Below are positions 50,698 through 63,600 of a stretch of DNA of 64,000 nt, in pieces (positions within the stretch are counted from its first letter, which is position 1; the number at the start of each line of letters is the position of its first letter). Under the pieces are notes generated by a model that worked only from the letters and a program-made list of their open reading frames with translations, was not told where the DNA came from and ran no database searches. A program made the position numbers and the translations under genes. The stretch is from Selaginella moellendorffii. Taxonomy: Eukaryota; Plantae; Lycopodiophyta. The DNA is taken from assembly GCF_000143415.4 (NCBI RefSeq), contig NW_003314346.1, positions 420,657 to 484,656 on the forward strand. The letters are read 5' to 3'.

Positions 50698-52456
50698 TGT
50701 AAGCAATTAAATTTTCCATTCTACTTTAATCATTTAACCACACTTCCAACCACTTGGAAGAGTCTCACTCACCACCTCTATAAGTCTTATTCCGGACTTG
50801 GGGCTAGCTCGAGAATGGCATCCCTGCTACTCAACCTTTACACTTGGTCCAAGTGCTCTATGTGTCTGATCCTATTATCGACACGCAAAGGTACCATTAA
50901 CATATCAGTTTGTTACACTAAGGCCATACCCATCCCACTTGGTCACACCGGTGGTCTAATGCCACTTGCATCATAATCCTATCTCTCAAAGACTGAGGCA
51001 ACTATCCATGAGTGATCATCCCAGATCCATTCTTTAGCATCTTAATGATGCCCACAGACATAGGGGATAACCTTCCCCAATATCCCTTTTCCAGTCCCCA
51101 CCAAGTCCCTCTTTGTCCATAGCCGTGTTTGCCACTACTGCCACTAGATCAAGGCTCATAGGCCCAACCACTAAGTCCTACTGTCCTCTAAGACTTTCTC
51201 ACCACATGACCATATGCTTAGTCATAACACTAAAGGATTGCTCCTTTTCCTTTCCATAGTCTAGGACTTTAGGATGACATTTCGGAACATTGTGGCCCTA
51301 TGCGGGCCTCATGGGTATTCTCCCCGCCTTCTGCTTTTGGGTGCTCTAGCCATGGGCTTAGAGCAAGGTTCCATTGAGCCATGCTAGGTATCCAAGTAGG
51401 TAGTGCCACCTATGCTTAGATTGGGAGTATCGATCATTCGATCTCCCGGGGGAACTAGAGCCGGATCTTAAACACTTCNNNNNNNNNNNNNNNNNNNNNN
51501 NNNNNNNNNNNNNNNNNNNNNNNNNNNNNNNNNNNNNNNNNNNNNNNNNNNNNNNNNNNNNNNNNNNNNNNNNNNNNNCTTGTTTGTCGGTCTGTATTCA
51601 CTCTAGCCTTGGGCCTCTCAGTGGTCATCTCATCACCCAACAGTAGGGTATGGCCTTCCTAGGCCAAACTGGCCTTTCCTGGCAAAACTGACTCCACTAG
51701 GGTCTTTAGGGTCCAACTCCCACACTCTCCCTTCTATACTTTTGGAACCCCTTGCAGCCCTCCCCCCCCCAGGGGACGATTGCTTTTGGCTTTTCACTCA
51801 CCAGCCCGTATTAGTATTCAGACTCAGACTCGGTCTTGGACTTGGTCTCAGTCTCAGTTTCGGTTTCGGTTCCATCTTGGACTCCATCTCAAACTCCATC
51901 TTGGGTCCATCTCGGACTCCATCTTGGGTCCATCTTGGACTCCATCTTAGGTCCAACTCAGACTCCATCTCGGGTCCATCTTAGGTCCATCTAGGACTCC
52001 ATCTCGGGTCCATCTCAGGTCCATCTAGGACTCCATCTCGGGTCCATCTCGGGTCCATCTCAGACTCCATCTCGGACTCCATTTGGGGTCCATCTCAGGT
52101 CCATCTTAAACTCCATCTCAGACTCCATCTTGGGTCCATCTCGGGTCCATCTTAGGTCCATCTCAGACTCCATCTTGGGTCCATTTCAAACTCCATCTTG
52201 GGTCCATTTTGGGTCCATTTCGAACACTTCCATGTGTCATATGTTGGTCCTCTTGTGTCCCTTTTCTAAAAACTCACTTATTGCTCGCTTCGTGCTTATT
52301 CCTCGAGCACTTCGTTGGGAGTTCCACTCCCACTCTCGACCTTTCAAGTCAAAGTTTTTAGTCCAAACGTTTTATGCTCATTTGGCTTTCAGTTTGGCCA
52401 CCACTTTGTGGTGCCCTTTCGACTCCACTTTGGGGCTTAGGGATTTGTGTCTCACA
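50698..52456 (-). mobile_element. Solo LTR with 5-bp TSD ATATC, inserted in an older gag-like remnant
   Basis: TG...CA ends and ATATC at both 50693-50697 and 52457-52461. Reverse-complement homologue of 56803-58699. Contains an N gap. Confidence 0.9.
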
Positions 52457-52461
52457 ATATC

Positions 52462-53420
52462 ATTCTTGGGATAATACTCAATGTTTGTGTGAGTTTCCCA
52501 TGTGTCTCCAAGGAATGATGCTGTAATGGTACAATGGTTTGAGCACAGCCACTCATGAGGATTAGAGTATTCTCCTGAACATCTTCAAATGCACATTCGG
52601 ACATGCCAACAATTGTGATGATGCATTTTAACAATTGCATCGTTTTCGTCAGTGATGCAATTTAGCTTCATTTCCGAAGCCTCTTGCTTTGTGTAGAGCC
52701 AAATATGTCAGAGTGGATCAAGCTGGGAATGTTATGGCCAGCACTTCGTCAAGATCTTGTAGGATTTATGCATGCATTTGCTCCAACCACTTTTGATAAT
52801 GCCCTTTGTTTGGCACAACGTTATAAGATGTCACTTCTTCCACTTCTCGTTACATGTTCTTCAGCTCCACTTCATATGGGAGATGTGTCACAAATGTGAC
52901 TTTGGGTATTGAAAATTATCTATCAAAATTTTCCTTATTGCCACAATGGCAGGAGGTTAGTATTGCTAGTTCCTTTTATTAGCCCCTCTTGTTTAAGTGT
53001 TAGTTTATTGGGTTTAGCACCTATACTTAGCCAGATGGACATAAGGTAAGAATTCCTATGTGTTTCTAGCTGAGCATACTCATTCTGGCTCTTAGTTATC
53101 TTTTGCTTTGTTTTGCACTGGCTTGATAAGAACCCTCACATATTGAGACTAGTCCCTCAATATTGCTGGATGATAGCTTATCGTGTCTGCTAAACACCCT
53201 CGCTATCATGCCCTTTGTGTTAGTCTCATTTCGGTCCCAAATGTTATTTATGGAAAGTGTCTAGATTCGTTCATTTGGCATATCTACGAAATGTAGAGAT
53301 TATCCTGAACACAATGGTGTTTGTCTTCAAATTCACAATCTAAAGACATTCCATATTTAATAAATTTTGAGCTTGTCCCAGAGACTAACTCTTGATATTA
53401 AAGGAGGCTTAGGGTGAAAA
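52462..53420 (+). mobile_element. Degenerate retrotransposon gag-like remnant
   Basis: Fragment LRQDL...APTTFDNALCLAQ resembles gypsy gag. Many stops. Confidence 0.4.
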
Positions 53421-53520
53421 NNNNNNNNNNNNNNNNNNNNNNNNNNNNNNNNNNNNNNNNNNNNNNNNNNNNNNNNNNNNNNNNNNNNNNNNNNNNNNNN
53501 NNNNNNNNNNNNNNNNNNNN

Positions 53521-54055
53521 AGCCTAATTCCATTCCATGCTAGCTGGTGGAGTACCCATGTCCTCATATTAGGCCACTGGTATGCCAATATAGCGCCAAA
53601 CTCCGTTTGGCTCCATTTTGCGTGTTGGTCTTGGCATTGAGATGCTAATTACTCTAGGACTATTCCAAATTGCTCTATGCCATTGTCCCTTCGCTCCTTG
53701 GGCTATATGCTCGGGAGTCATTCCATGCTCCAGTATCATCACTTTTTGGCTTCATGCTTGGGAGTTTGGCACCATTCCTTTATTTAGTGACCCAAGGCCT
53801 TGAAACTTGAGTTCCACACCATTGTCCTTTGGACACATGGCACATGGAGGGTTTAGGTTCCGCTTCATGGTTATCCTATAGTAAAACACCATAGGATAAA
53901 TGTAAAAACCACATGCACTATAAGATGGTCATGTTCCAATAAAGGTTTATATTACTACTGCTCGAGTTCAAGAACAAGGGTGAGGACGTGATATTTGCTG
54001 CATGTGATGAAGTTGGTCACACTTATTGGTGTTATTGGCATTTTTAGGATTGACA
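53521..54055 (-). mobile_element. Probable second LTR-type insertion truncating the integrase
   Basis: Integrase homology stops abruptly after LGLVE, where minus-strand TGTCAATCC begins. The other end is in an N gap. Confidence 0.5.
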
Positions 54056-56802
54056 TTTCCACAAGTCCCAAATGACTTACCCAATCGGTCTGGTCTCTTG
54101 AGACATAGCATCGCAAATAATCCTCCAGCTGCCTATTCACCCTTTCCGTTTGTCCGTCTGTCAAGAAGTGTTAGTGCCGACAACTTGACTTAATACCCCA
54201 TACCTGTCTGTGGGTGATAGGCTGTGTTGAATTTCAACTTGGTGCGATACTGTTCTATGAGAGTCCTCCAGAACCTACTGGTGAAGATCTTATCTCGATC
54301 TGAGATGATCTCTTCCGGTCTTCCCCGTACTCGAACCACTTGTTCGAAGAATAGCTTCGCCACACCTTCCGCATCCACCTCCATTGTGGTGGGTATGAAA
54401 TGTGCCATTTTCGAAAATCGGTCCACCACCACAAATATCGCATCAAACCCTTCGCTTGGGGGGAGTCCCGTGATGAAGTCCATCGTAAGACATTTCCACG
54501 GACAATCTGGAGTTGGGATGCTTTGCAACAAGCCCCCACTAGCCTTAGTCACGGCTTTTACCTGCTGACATGTTGGACATGTCTTTACATAGTCTTGGAC
54601 GTCCTTAGCCATATCTGGCCAATGGTACTTTCTCTTGAGTAAGCCCATCGTCTTGGGCACTCCGCCGTGTCCCGCAAGAGGTCCGTCATGACACTCTTCT
54701 AAGGCCACCTTCCTTAGTTCCCCTTCTGGAACATACACCCTCGTTTGCTTGTAATAGATGAGTCTGTTGCGTTCCGCATAGCCCGTTTTTTCTTCCGTTG
54801 GCAGCTCACCTCTTTGGTGAGCTTCCCGTGCCTCTAGATTCCTCAGCAACACTTCTTGTGCTAGACCATCGTTCTCACATGTTGTCCGCACATCGTCCCA
54901 GAAGGTTGCTGTTGCGCTGGATATTGCCAACCTCAAGCTCGCTTTTCGACTTAGCACATCCACCACGATGTTGCTTTTCCCAGGCTTGTACAGAATCTTG
55001 CAATCAAACTCAGCCAAGGCATTGGCCCACTGACCTTGTTTCCCTCTCAGGTCGGGCTGTGACAAGAAGTGTTTCGTTGCCACATTGTCCGTGTAAACCT
55101 TGAAGTGTCTCCCAAGGTAGTGTCGCCACTCCTTGAGCGCCTTGACCACCGCAAACAATTCCTTCTCGTGGGCAGGCCACTTCCGTTGAGCCTTGTCCAA
55201 CTTCTTCGAGAAGAACGCTACCGGATGGTTGTGTTGCTTCAAAACTGCGCCCAACGCAAAGTCCAAAGCATCCGTTTCTACCTCAAAGTCCTTACCAAAG
55301 TCTGGTAATGCCAATACGGGAGCCTTCCTCAACTTCCCTTTGAGGTGGATGAATGCCGCCTCGCATTCCGCTGTCCACACCATCTTCCCTTTTCCTGTTT
55401 GGTCCGTTAAGGGCAAGGTTACTCTCGAATAGTGTCTGATAAACTTTCGATAGTAGTTGCATAGCCCCAGGAATGCCCTCAACTCGTGTACATTCGATGG
55501 TCGCTCCCATTCCTGGATCGCTTGGACCTTCTCCGGGTCCACCTTGAGCCCGTCTTGGCCCACCACATGCCCGAGAAACTTTACCTCTTGTTGAGCAAAG
55601 TCACATTTGCTCTCTTTAGCATACAGTTTGTGTTCCCTTAGTTTCTCAAACACCTTCACCAAGTGTTCGGCATGCTCCTCTAGCGTCTCGCTATAGATCA
55701 GGATGTCGTCGATATAGACGACCACGAAGTGATCCAGATAGGGTACAAAGATGTGGTTCATTAGCGCCGAAAACGTTGCCGGCGCATTACATAGCCCGAA
55801 GGGCATCACCAGAAACTCAAAGCTCCCATATCTCGTTCGACAGGTTGTCTTCTCGACGTCTTCCTCGACTACCTTGATCTGGTAGTATCCTGACCTTAGG
55901 TCAATCCTCGAGAAGTATTTTGCCTTTCCCAACCTATCGAATAGGTCCTCAATCCTTGGCAAAGGGTACTTGTTCTTCTTTGTATACTTGTTGAACAACC
56001 AGTAGTCTATGCACATGCGCATAGATCCATCTTTCTTTTTCACAAATAACACCGGCGCCCCATACGGCGACTTGCTCAACCTAGCATACCCTTTGTCCAC
56101 CAACTCCTCTAGTTGGCACTTGAGCTCCTTGAGTTCTTTTTCGTTCAAACGATAAGGGGGACGAATCACCGCCTCAGCACCCTCGACCAGCTCAATCTTA
56201 TGTTCTATCGGTCGTGCTGGGGGCAGCCCCGCCGGTAGCTCCTCTGGCATGGTATCCTGGAATTGGTCCAACACCCGCTAGATCACTAAAGGTACTTCTT
56301 CCGTTCCCGTCTTTTTGTCACTCTTCACCGAGAGTAAGCACAAAAAGGCTGCTTTAGTTCCTTTAGTGAGTTGTCCTCTCGTGGACACCAGGTTTAAGCA
56401 GGAATCTTTGGCCTTGGTTTGCCCTACCTTTAGATCTTGGGCCTCCACCCTAGATCTTCTTCCTTGGGTATTTGCCAGTACCACAAGGTTTCTACCTTGT
56501 CCATGCAGGGCTACCACAAACCGATTGAACCAATCCATTCCGAAGATCATGTCAAATCCCACCATATCGAACATGGTGAAATCCATGTCCACCTTCCAAG
56601 TCCCCACTTCGACTCTCGCTTGTTGAAGTACCTCATCGGTGCTTTGGCTACCTTGAATAAACTCTATAGTCCTTGGTTCACCTAGCCGCTGCACCGTTAG
56701 TCCAGCTTGCCGGACTATGTCTGCAGCTACAAAATTATCTGAAGCACCCGTGTCAATAAGGATCTTAACAAAGCTACCTCCGAGCTTTCCTCGGAGGGCT
56801 AG
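54056..56802 (-). mobile_element. Ty3/gypsy pol (PR-RT-RNaseH-IN), interrupted on both sides
   Basis: Protease LIDTGAS, RT YIDD, RNaseH ETDA..EKEL..YTD, integrase H..H..C..C, MDFI and ISDRD. One in-frame TAG at 56278-56280 and a 46-nt insert at 54158-54203. Confidence 0.95.
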
Positions 56803-57039
56803 TGTGAGACACAAAATCTCTAGGCCCCAAAGTGGAGCTGGAAAGGGTGCCACGTGGTAGTGGCCGAAGTGAAAGCCAAACAAGTGTAACACGTTTGGAC
56901 TAAAAGCTCTGACTTGGAAGGTCGAGAGCGGGAGTGGAACTCTCAACAAAGTGCTCAAGGAGCGAGCACGAAGCGAGCAATAACCAAGACTCCAAAAAGG
57001 GACCCAAAAAGGACCAACACATGACACGTGGAAGTGTCC

Positions 57040-57642
57040 GAGATGGAGTCCGAGACGGACCCTAGTTGAAGTCCGAGATGGACTCGAAGTGGAGTCCGAT
57101 ATGGAGTCCGAAGTGGAGTCTGAGATGGAGTCCGAGAGGGACCCGAAGTGGAGTCCGAGGTGGACGAAGACGGAGTCCGAGATGGACCTGAGATGGAGTC
57201 CGAGATGGAGTTCGAGGTGGACCGAGACGGAGTCCGAGATGGACCCGAGATGGAGTCTGAGATGGAGTCCGAGATGGACCCGAGATGGAGTCCGAGATGG
57301 AGTCCGAGGTGGACCGAGACAGAGTCCGAGATGGACCCGAGATGGAGCCCGAGATGGACCGAGACGGAGTCCGAGGTGGAGTCCGAGATGGAGTCCAAGA
57401 TGGACCGAGACGGAGCCCGAGATGGAGTCCGAGATGGAGTCCGAGAAGGACCCTAGATGGAGTCCGAGGTCGAGACCAAGACCGGGACCGAGACCGGGAC
57501 CGAGACCGAGACCGGGACCGGGATCGAGACCGGGACCGGGACCGAGACCGAGGCCAAGGCTGAGACCGAGCCCGAGCTCGAGTCCGAATCCGAGTCCGAG
57601 TCCGAGTCTGAGTTCGAGTTCGAGTCTGAGTTCGAGTCTGAG
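57040..57642 (+). repeat. Tandem minisatellite inside the LTR (GAGATGGA[GT]CC 11-12-mers, then GAGACC/GAGTCC 6-mers)
   Basis: Directly visible. A shorter, decayed version lies at ~51815-52220 in the solo LTR. Confidence 0.95.
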
Positions 57643-58606
57643 AGGGTGAAAGCCCAAAGCGTTCGTCTCCCAAACCCTGGGGGGTTTGGTGAGCTCCAAA
57701 AGTATAGTAGGGGGAGGACTACAGTGGAGCCAGTTTGGCCAGGAAAGGCCAATTTGGCCCAGGAAGGCCAGACCCAGTGTTGGGTGATGAACTGACCACT
57801 GGGAAGTCCAAGACTAGAGTGAATACAGACCGACAGGCGGGGTAGCTTGGTGAAGTGTTCAAGAGCTGGCTCTAGTTCCCCCGGGAGATCGACTAGCCAA
57901 TGCTCCCAGTCCAAGTGTGGGTGGCACTACCTACTTGGATACCAGGCGTGGCTCAACGGAACCTCGCTCTAAGCCCATGGCTAGAGCACCTAAAGGCAAA
58001 AGGTGGGGAGAGTACCCAGGTGGCTCGCGTAAGGCCATGGTGTTCCGAAATGTTGTCCCAAAGGCCTAGACTGTGGAAAGGAAGAGGAGCAGTCCTCCGG
58101 GGTAATGACCAAGGACACAGTCGTGTGGTGAGGAAGTCCCAGAGGACCGTGGGACTTAGTGGTCGGGCCGGTGGGCCTCGATCTAGTGGTAGTGTTGGTG
58201 AACACGGCCATGGGCAGAAAGGGACTTGGTGGGGACCAGAAAAGCGATATTGGGGAAGGCTATTCCCCATGTCTACGGGCATCCTAAGGATGCTAAGGAG
58301 TGGATCTGGAATGATCTCTCATGGACGGATGGTCCAGTCCTTGAGAGACGGGATTTTGATGCTGGTGGGGTTAGACCACCGGTATGACCAAGGTAAAGGG
58401 GCATGGCCTTAGCGTAACGGGCTGGTATGTCGGTGGTACCTTGGGGTGTCGGTCTTGGGACCGGACACGTGGAGCACTTGGACTAAGTGCAAGGGATGAG
58501 TGGCATGGATGCCATTCTCAGGGCTAGCAAGTCCCAAATCCTGAATTGGACTTAAGGAGGTGGTGAGTGAGACCCCTCCAAGTGGTCGAAGGTGTGGTTA
58601 AGTGAC

Positions 58607-58699
58607 TAAAGTAGAATGGAAAAATTAGTCGCTTACATAAAGTAGAATGGAAAAATTAGTCGCTTACATAAAGTAGAATGGAAAACTTAGTCGCTTACA
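58607..58699 (+). repeat. 3 x 31-bp tandem repeat of the LTR 3' terminus
   Basis: TAAAGTAGAATGGAAAA[A/C]TTAGTCGCTTACA at 58607, 58638 and 58669. Confidence 0.95.
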
Positions 58700-60606
58700 A
58701 CTTGGTATCGGAGCTGTTCCTTAGTCCGACTTTTATTGGTGCTAAAGTATATCACCATTGATGTTGGCATCAGAAGGTCCTAGGAGTGGGCTTATCCTTG
58801 AGGAGTGGCATGTCGAGAGGACATGGCTCTCCACTCAAGTTCATGTGTGAACTTCGGCACAATGTGGTGGATAGAAAAGGGCCAATAATGGAACGACTTT
58901 GGGATCTTGGGAACAGTATAAGGTCTCCTCAAAGAGCTGAGGATGTGATCCAAATGAGTGTTTGACGCAACAAACGGGCTAACGTAGTTGTGATAAACAA
59001 CTATAGTTGGGATCACGGAAAAAATAAAGACTCCAAAGCAATAAAGGAGTCACAAGATTATCCTCATATAGTTGAGGTTGGTGCTCATGAATGTGAGACC
59101 AGAAGTAATGACCGTGGGAGGTCAAATACGGAAGAGGGCTCAAGTCCTTGACATGGTAGCCGGGGCTACCTTTAATAAATGCTGGAACAACCCAAGGAGT
59201 TGGGGGTGTACTTAGAGATGAGTTGGTATTCTCATCACATGGACAAGTAGCCCTAAGGGGCAAAGGTTGCCCCAGAGAACAAAATCAAGTGTCAAAGCAA
59301 CACTTGTGAAAATAGTCCTTTTGAGTGAGGACATGAATGCAAGAAGTGTATTCTAGTGAGCTAGTGCCCGACAAGTAGGACCTTACGGGCCTGTGGATTA
59401 ACCAAGTCCAAAACTGCTGGATGACTCAAGTAGAGTCAAGGAATGGTCCTAAAGGACTGATGGAAGCATTTGGACTGAAGGATGGGGGGGATCATAGGAT
59501 CCAAAGATGAGAATAGAGGGTATCTCATCGATGGCGAAATGTGTCATGCTAAAGTCATGAGAAGGGTTTTCCCAAAAAGAAAACAACTTTGAAACAAAGT
59601 TGTGTGTGACTTCTATGGTGCAGTGCTAACAGATGGTTGGCATGAGAAAGAGTGGTATTGGTCTTGGCAAAGACTTAGACACAAAGAAGAAGTGTCATAG
59701 AGGTAGGCTCGTGGAGCCGATGGTGTGGAGACACCAAATGTGCCAAGGTGTGATACCTTGAGGCTATGTTAGTGGGTTCATGAGAACCCCTTGCCAAAGG
59801 AATCCCAATGGAAATGGGAATGGCATACCCTAAGCTGCAGAGCATGCCGTTGGAGTGTGGTGACCTAGATAATGATGGAGGTGTGGAAGCATCAGCAATG
59901 AGTTGTAGGACTTGACAATTATGAGGCAACTAAGCAAGAGGTGCAAAATAATTGGTTAAACGGGTAGAAGGTAGCTACCCAAGCCTTCTTAATGGCATAA
60001 GGAAATTGGATATACCCTTACGGGGGATAAGTTGTTTATGTTGCGATATAGTAAGTCAATGTCATGAAAGGAAATACTCATTGTCAAGGAAGCCGTCATT
60101 GGGACACCTGAACACTCTAGAACACCAGGAGGTGGTGTTTGATGTCGCGAGGGCAATAGATAAGGCCCAAGGGACTAAGTCCCTAGCGAATGATGGATAG
60201 AAGGTGCTATCCAAATGTCCAAGGTGGCAGAGACAGGAGAAGACTGTCTACTCGAATTGGACAAAGCCAAAAATGGAATTTTGGCAAGGCTAGCGATGGG
60301 CATGTAAAGGCCAATAAGCAACAACGTAATCTCGGTGTGTGGGATTATAGGGTGAGCATACTTGGATTGAGGAACCACTCCCTAGGCTATCGGGTAGGTT
60401 CATCCCTAAGAATACTTGCCAAGGCATGATAGAAAGTGCAAAACTATCCTCCTGGTCTGAAGGAGAATGACCGAAGGAAAGGTGTGAAGCCAAAAGCAAG
60501 AAGTATGGGGGTAGAACCAAACCATAGGAATAGAAGGGCATAATCAAGGTTGGTTATGCCAGCTGGGAGTGGAGAATCAAGTGGGGGCTCGAGGGTGTTG
60601 CCGCTA

Positions 60607-63600
60607 GGGGCGCGGACCATACTTGAGCTCACGAGTTGAAGAGTTGAGCTCACGAGTTGAGCTCAATTTTCAATTGTAATTTAGTACAAACATTATAAAT
60701 TTTAAAATTTTAAGGTTATGGCGAACCTAATAATTTAATAACTCTCTATATATTATATAGATAAAAATGTTCTAAAGAACACATTTTGTTCTAATAATTT
60801 AAATATTTACTACATGCAATGATAGGGACATTTGTTAGAACATAAAATAAAATGTTTGAAAAAAGAGTATTCTTGTCACTTCTTTAAATTTGTACTCTAT
60901 GCTTTTTGGCTAGTAAATGTTAGGTTTGTCAGAATTAAAAAATTATTAAATTTGAAATAAGATTCTATGTGAAGCCATATAACCGTTTGAAAGGAAAAAA
61001 AATAACCGTTGATGTAAGCTTATTGCATATAAAAGAAAGACTTGGTTCTTTGTAGAATACATTCTTGAGGGGTTTGTCGTAGCATACTGTCTAGAATTTA
61101 TAGATCTTCATTCACACTCTCATTCGAAAAAAGGGAAATACACCTACAAATGTCTATGGGTTCTAGTGTTGGTAATTTTAACTCTCACAATCTTTCTTCC
61201 CAGGGCTCAAGGGCTAGGAGATGCAATAACTATCCCATTGCACAGCATAACCAAATCACACAAGAGAATGAAAGAGAGGATAGTGAGGATAGTGATCATG
61301 AGTTGGAGATAAATGCAATGACAGAGGGTGCAACAAATTGGGTGAAAAAGAATGCCCTCTTACTTGTTTTAGAAAAATGCAATTCTGCCACTTTCAAGAA
61401 GTGCCCCATATGTTTTCTAGCGTCTGGTGGAAACAATGGCAATGATCAGTATGATGGTATATATGCTCTTGCGACACACTGCAACATCACGCACCCGAAA
61501 GACTACCATGAAATCTTTTTTGAGATGGTAAAAACAGAAATGGAGACACACGAGTACTATGAGCAGTATTGCGAGAAGAACACTCGGAAGCATATAAAAT
61601 GAAAAGTGAAATGAAAAAGCACATTTGTATTAATTATATAAAGTATAATAAGTTTTATTGATAGAGAATAAACATCGATAGTGTTGGAGAAATTTAATTA
61701 GCTCCAAAAGTTTTTTGCAACTCAGCAATAGTAAGGCTTGCTTGGTGTATATGAATATCCACTTTAGGATCCTGGTGCAAGATGTTGATGAAGATGTAGT
61801 ACATATGCTTGCAAGGAGCATATGCCTTCCCATGTTCCTCGCGCTTCGTAAAGTCTGGACATGTGCAAGAAGGAAAGTCGTGAATGGCAATTGTGTACTC
61901 TCCACCTTCTGTTTTGACTATGTACTCCTTTGCAAGCATAGTGATGTACTTCGTAGAGAGAATCTCACACTCAAGTGTTTGAGCCAAGTTTATTTTACCT
62001 TGCTTCTGCTTGGAGACGGTACCAATAAATTTAACTGCTTTACCTTTTCGTGCTGGCCTCCTGTGCATCTCTGTAGGAATAGTCCTGCTCCTGTCACTCA
62101 TGTCTCCAACTCTCCTCTCGAGATTAAAACCAGATTTCTCAAGGTTTTCAATCTCATCCGAGGTGAGCGCGACCCCATTAGCAACCGGCCATTCTTTAGG
62201 TACTGCATCAGGTTTAGTCATTATAGTGTCTTCAAGCCGCTTCGTATGGTTGGCGTCGGTGTTGCAACAATATAGCCAGCACCATCTTGAAAATCCTGCT
62301 TGCTTTCGTTCCCCATAGAAACATGGGGCTGGAACAGAAGCAGATTTTTCACCACGAATCCAGGCCCAACACTTGCCCCTCGGAAGCATCCCCACACACC
62401 TTACATTTGATTTTGCTGGCACACGTCGGATTGCCCATTGCTTCGGCTCCACACTACGGTAAGCAATTTCAACCTGTTGCGATGCACTCTCTTCATCAGC
62501 CACTTGAGGTGGCTCAGTCCGAGAGCGGTGTCTTGGAGCAGAATGGTACTCGACATCAGGCCTGTGGGAGCTTTTTGCTCCAAGGTCCGTACCAACATCT
62601 TCCCTAGCAAAGGAAAAACGACGCTTTGAGCGAACAGTCTTCATATCACCAATAGAAGCTCGGGGAGTGTACTCCATAGATGTGCCACGGACCACTTCCT
62701 CAACTGCAGTTGCCACTGTTCGGGCGGGTGGAGTTAATTTTCTCTTCATCCTATCATGTAACATCTCAACAGAAGGCCCTGTTNNNNNNNNNNNNNNNNN
62801 NNNNNNNNNNNNNNNNNNNNNNNNNNNNNNNNNNNNNNNNNNNNNNNNNNNNNNNNNNNNNNNNNNNNNNNNNNNNNNNNNNNNNNNNNNNNNNNNNNNN
62901 NNNNNNNNNNNNNNNNNNNNNNNNNNNNNNNNNNNNNNNNNNNNNNNNNNNNNNNNNNNNNNNNNNNNNNNNNNNNNNNNNNNNNNNNNNNNNNNNNNNN
63001 NNNNNNNNNNNNNNNNNNNNNNNNNNNNNNNNNNNNNNNNNNNNNNNNNNNNNNNNNNNNNNNNNNNNNNNNNNNNNNNACCATGACTTGAGTTGTGGTA
63101 GGCAACTTATGTTTGTATGGCCATCTTCATGCCACCACATTCGGATCTCATTTGCTTTTGCCTCATGCTCTTCTTCAGAAGGTGCAACCTACCATTGTTT
63201 GCACAACTCCTTAAATATTGATTGAAACTCTGGCTTGATAAGGTGGCAGTGCTGGTTTAGGCTTTGAGCCCAATGGAACTCACAAGTCCTCTCACGACCT
63301 TCCAATGGTTGACCATTCCCAAAAACTGCTCGGATACCATTCCAGTTTGCACCAGCCCCATCTGCCATGAAACCACGAAAGTTTGCAGGCTTACCAGTCC
63401 GCTTTAGGACAATATCAGAGAGGGACTTCCAAAATATTTCCTGTGCTGTCTGGTCTTGTACTTTAAACTCTGCTGTCGCAATTGTTAAATTACAACGTAG
63501 CCTATAAAAACATAAATATTATAACAATTTCAATATAATGAGAATAAAAATTACCTTGGATCATATACATGAGCTCCCATGGTTGTCCAACCGGATACAC

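Larger units (their letters stand above)
56803..60606 (+). mobile_element. LTR element: 5' LTR (56803-58699), tRNA-iMet PBS and non-coding internal region
   Basis: TGTGAG...TTACA LTR homologous to the solo LTR; TGGTATCGGAGC at 58703-58714; no recognisable gag/pol in 58715-60606. Right boundary approximate. Confidence 0.85.

Noticed and set aside
56955-57795. RS-, ES- and PRW-repeat ORFs; superficially array-like repeats
   Set aside because: Translations of the LTR minisatellite. No unique spacers, so not CRISPR, and not an SR protein.
62667-63225. ORFs spanning N runs (also 51455-51640)
   Set aside because: Assembly-gap artefacts.
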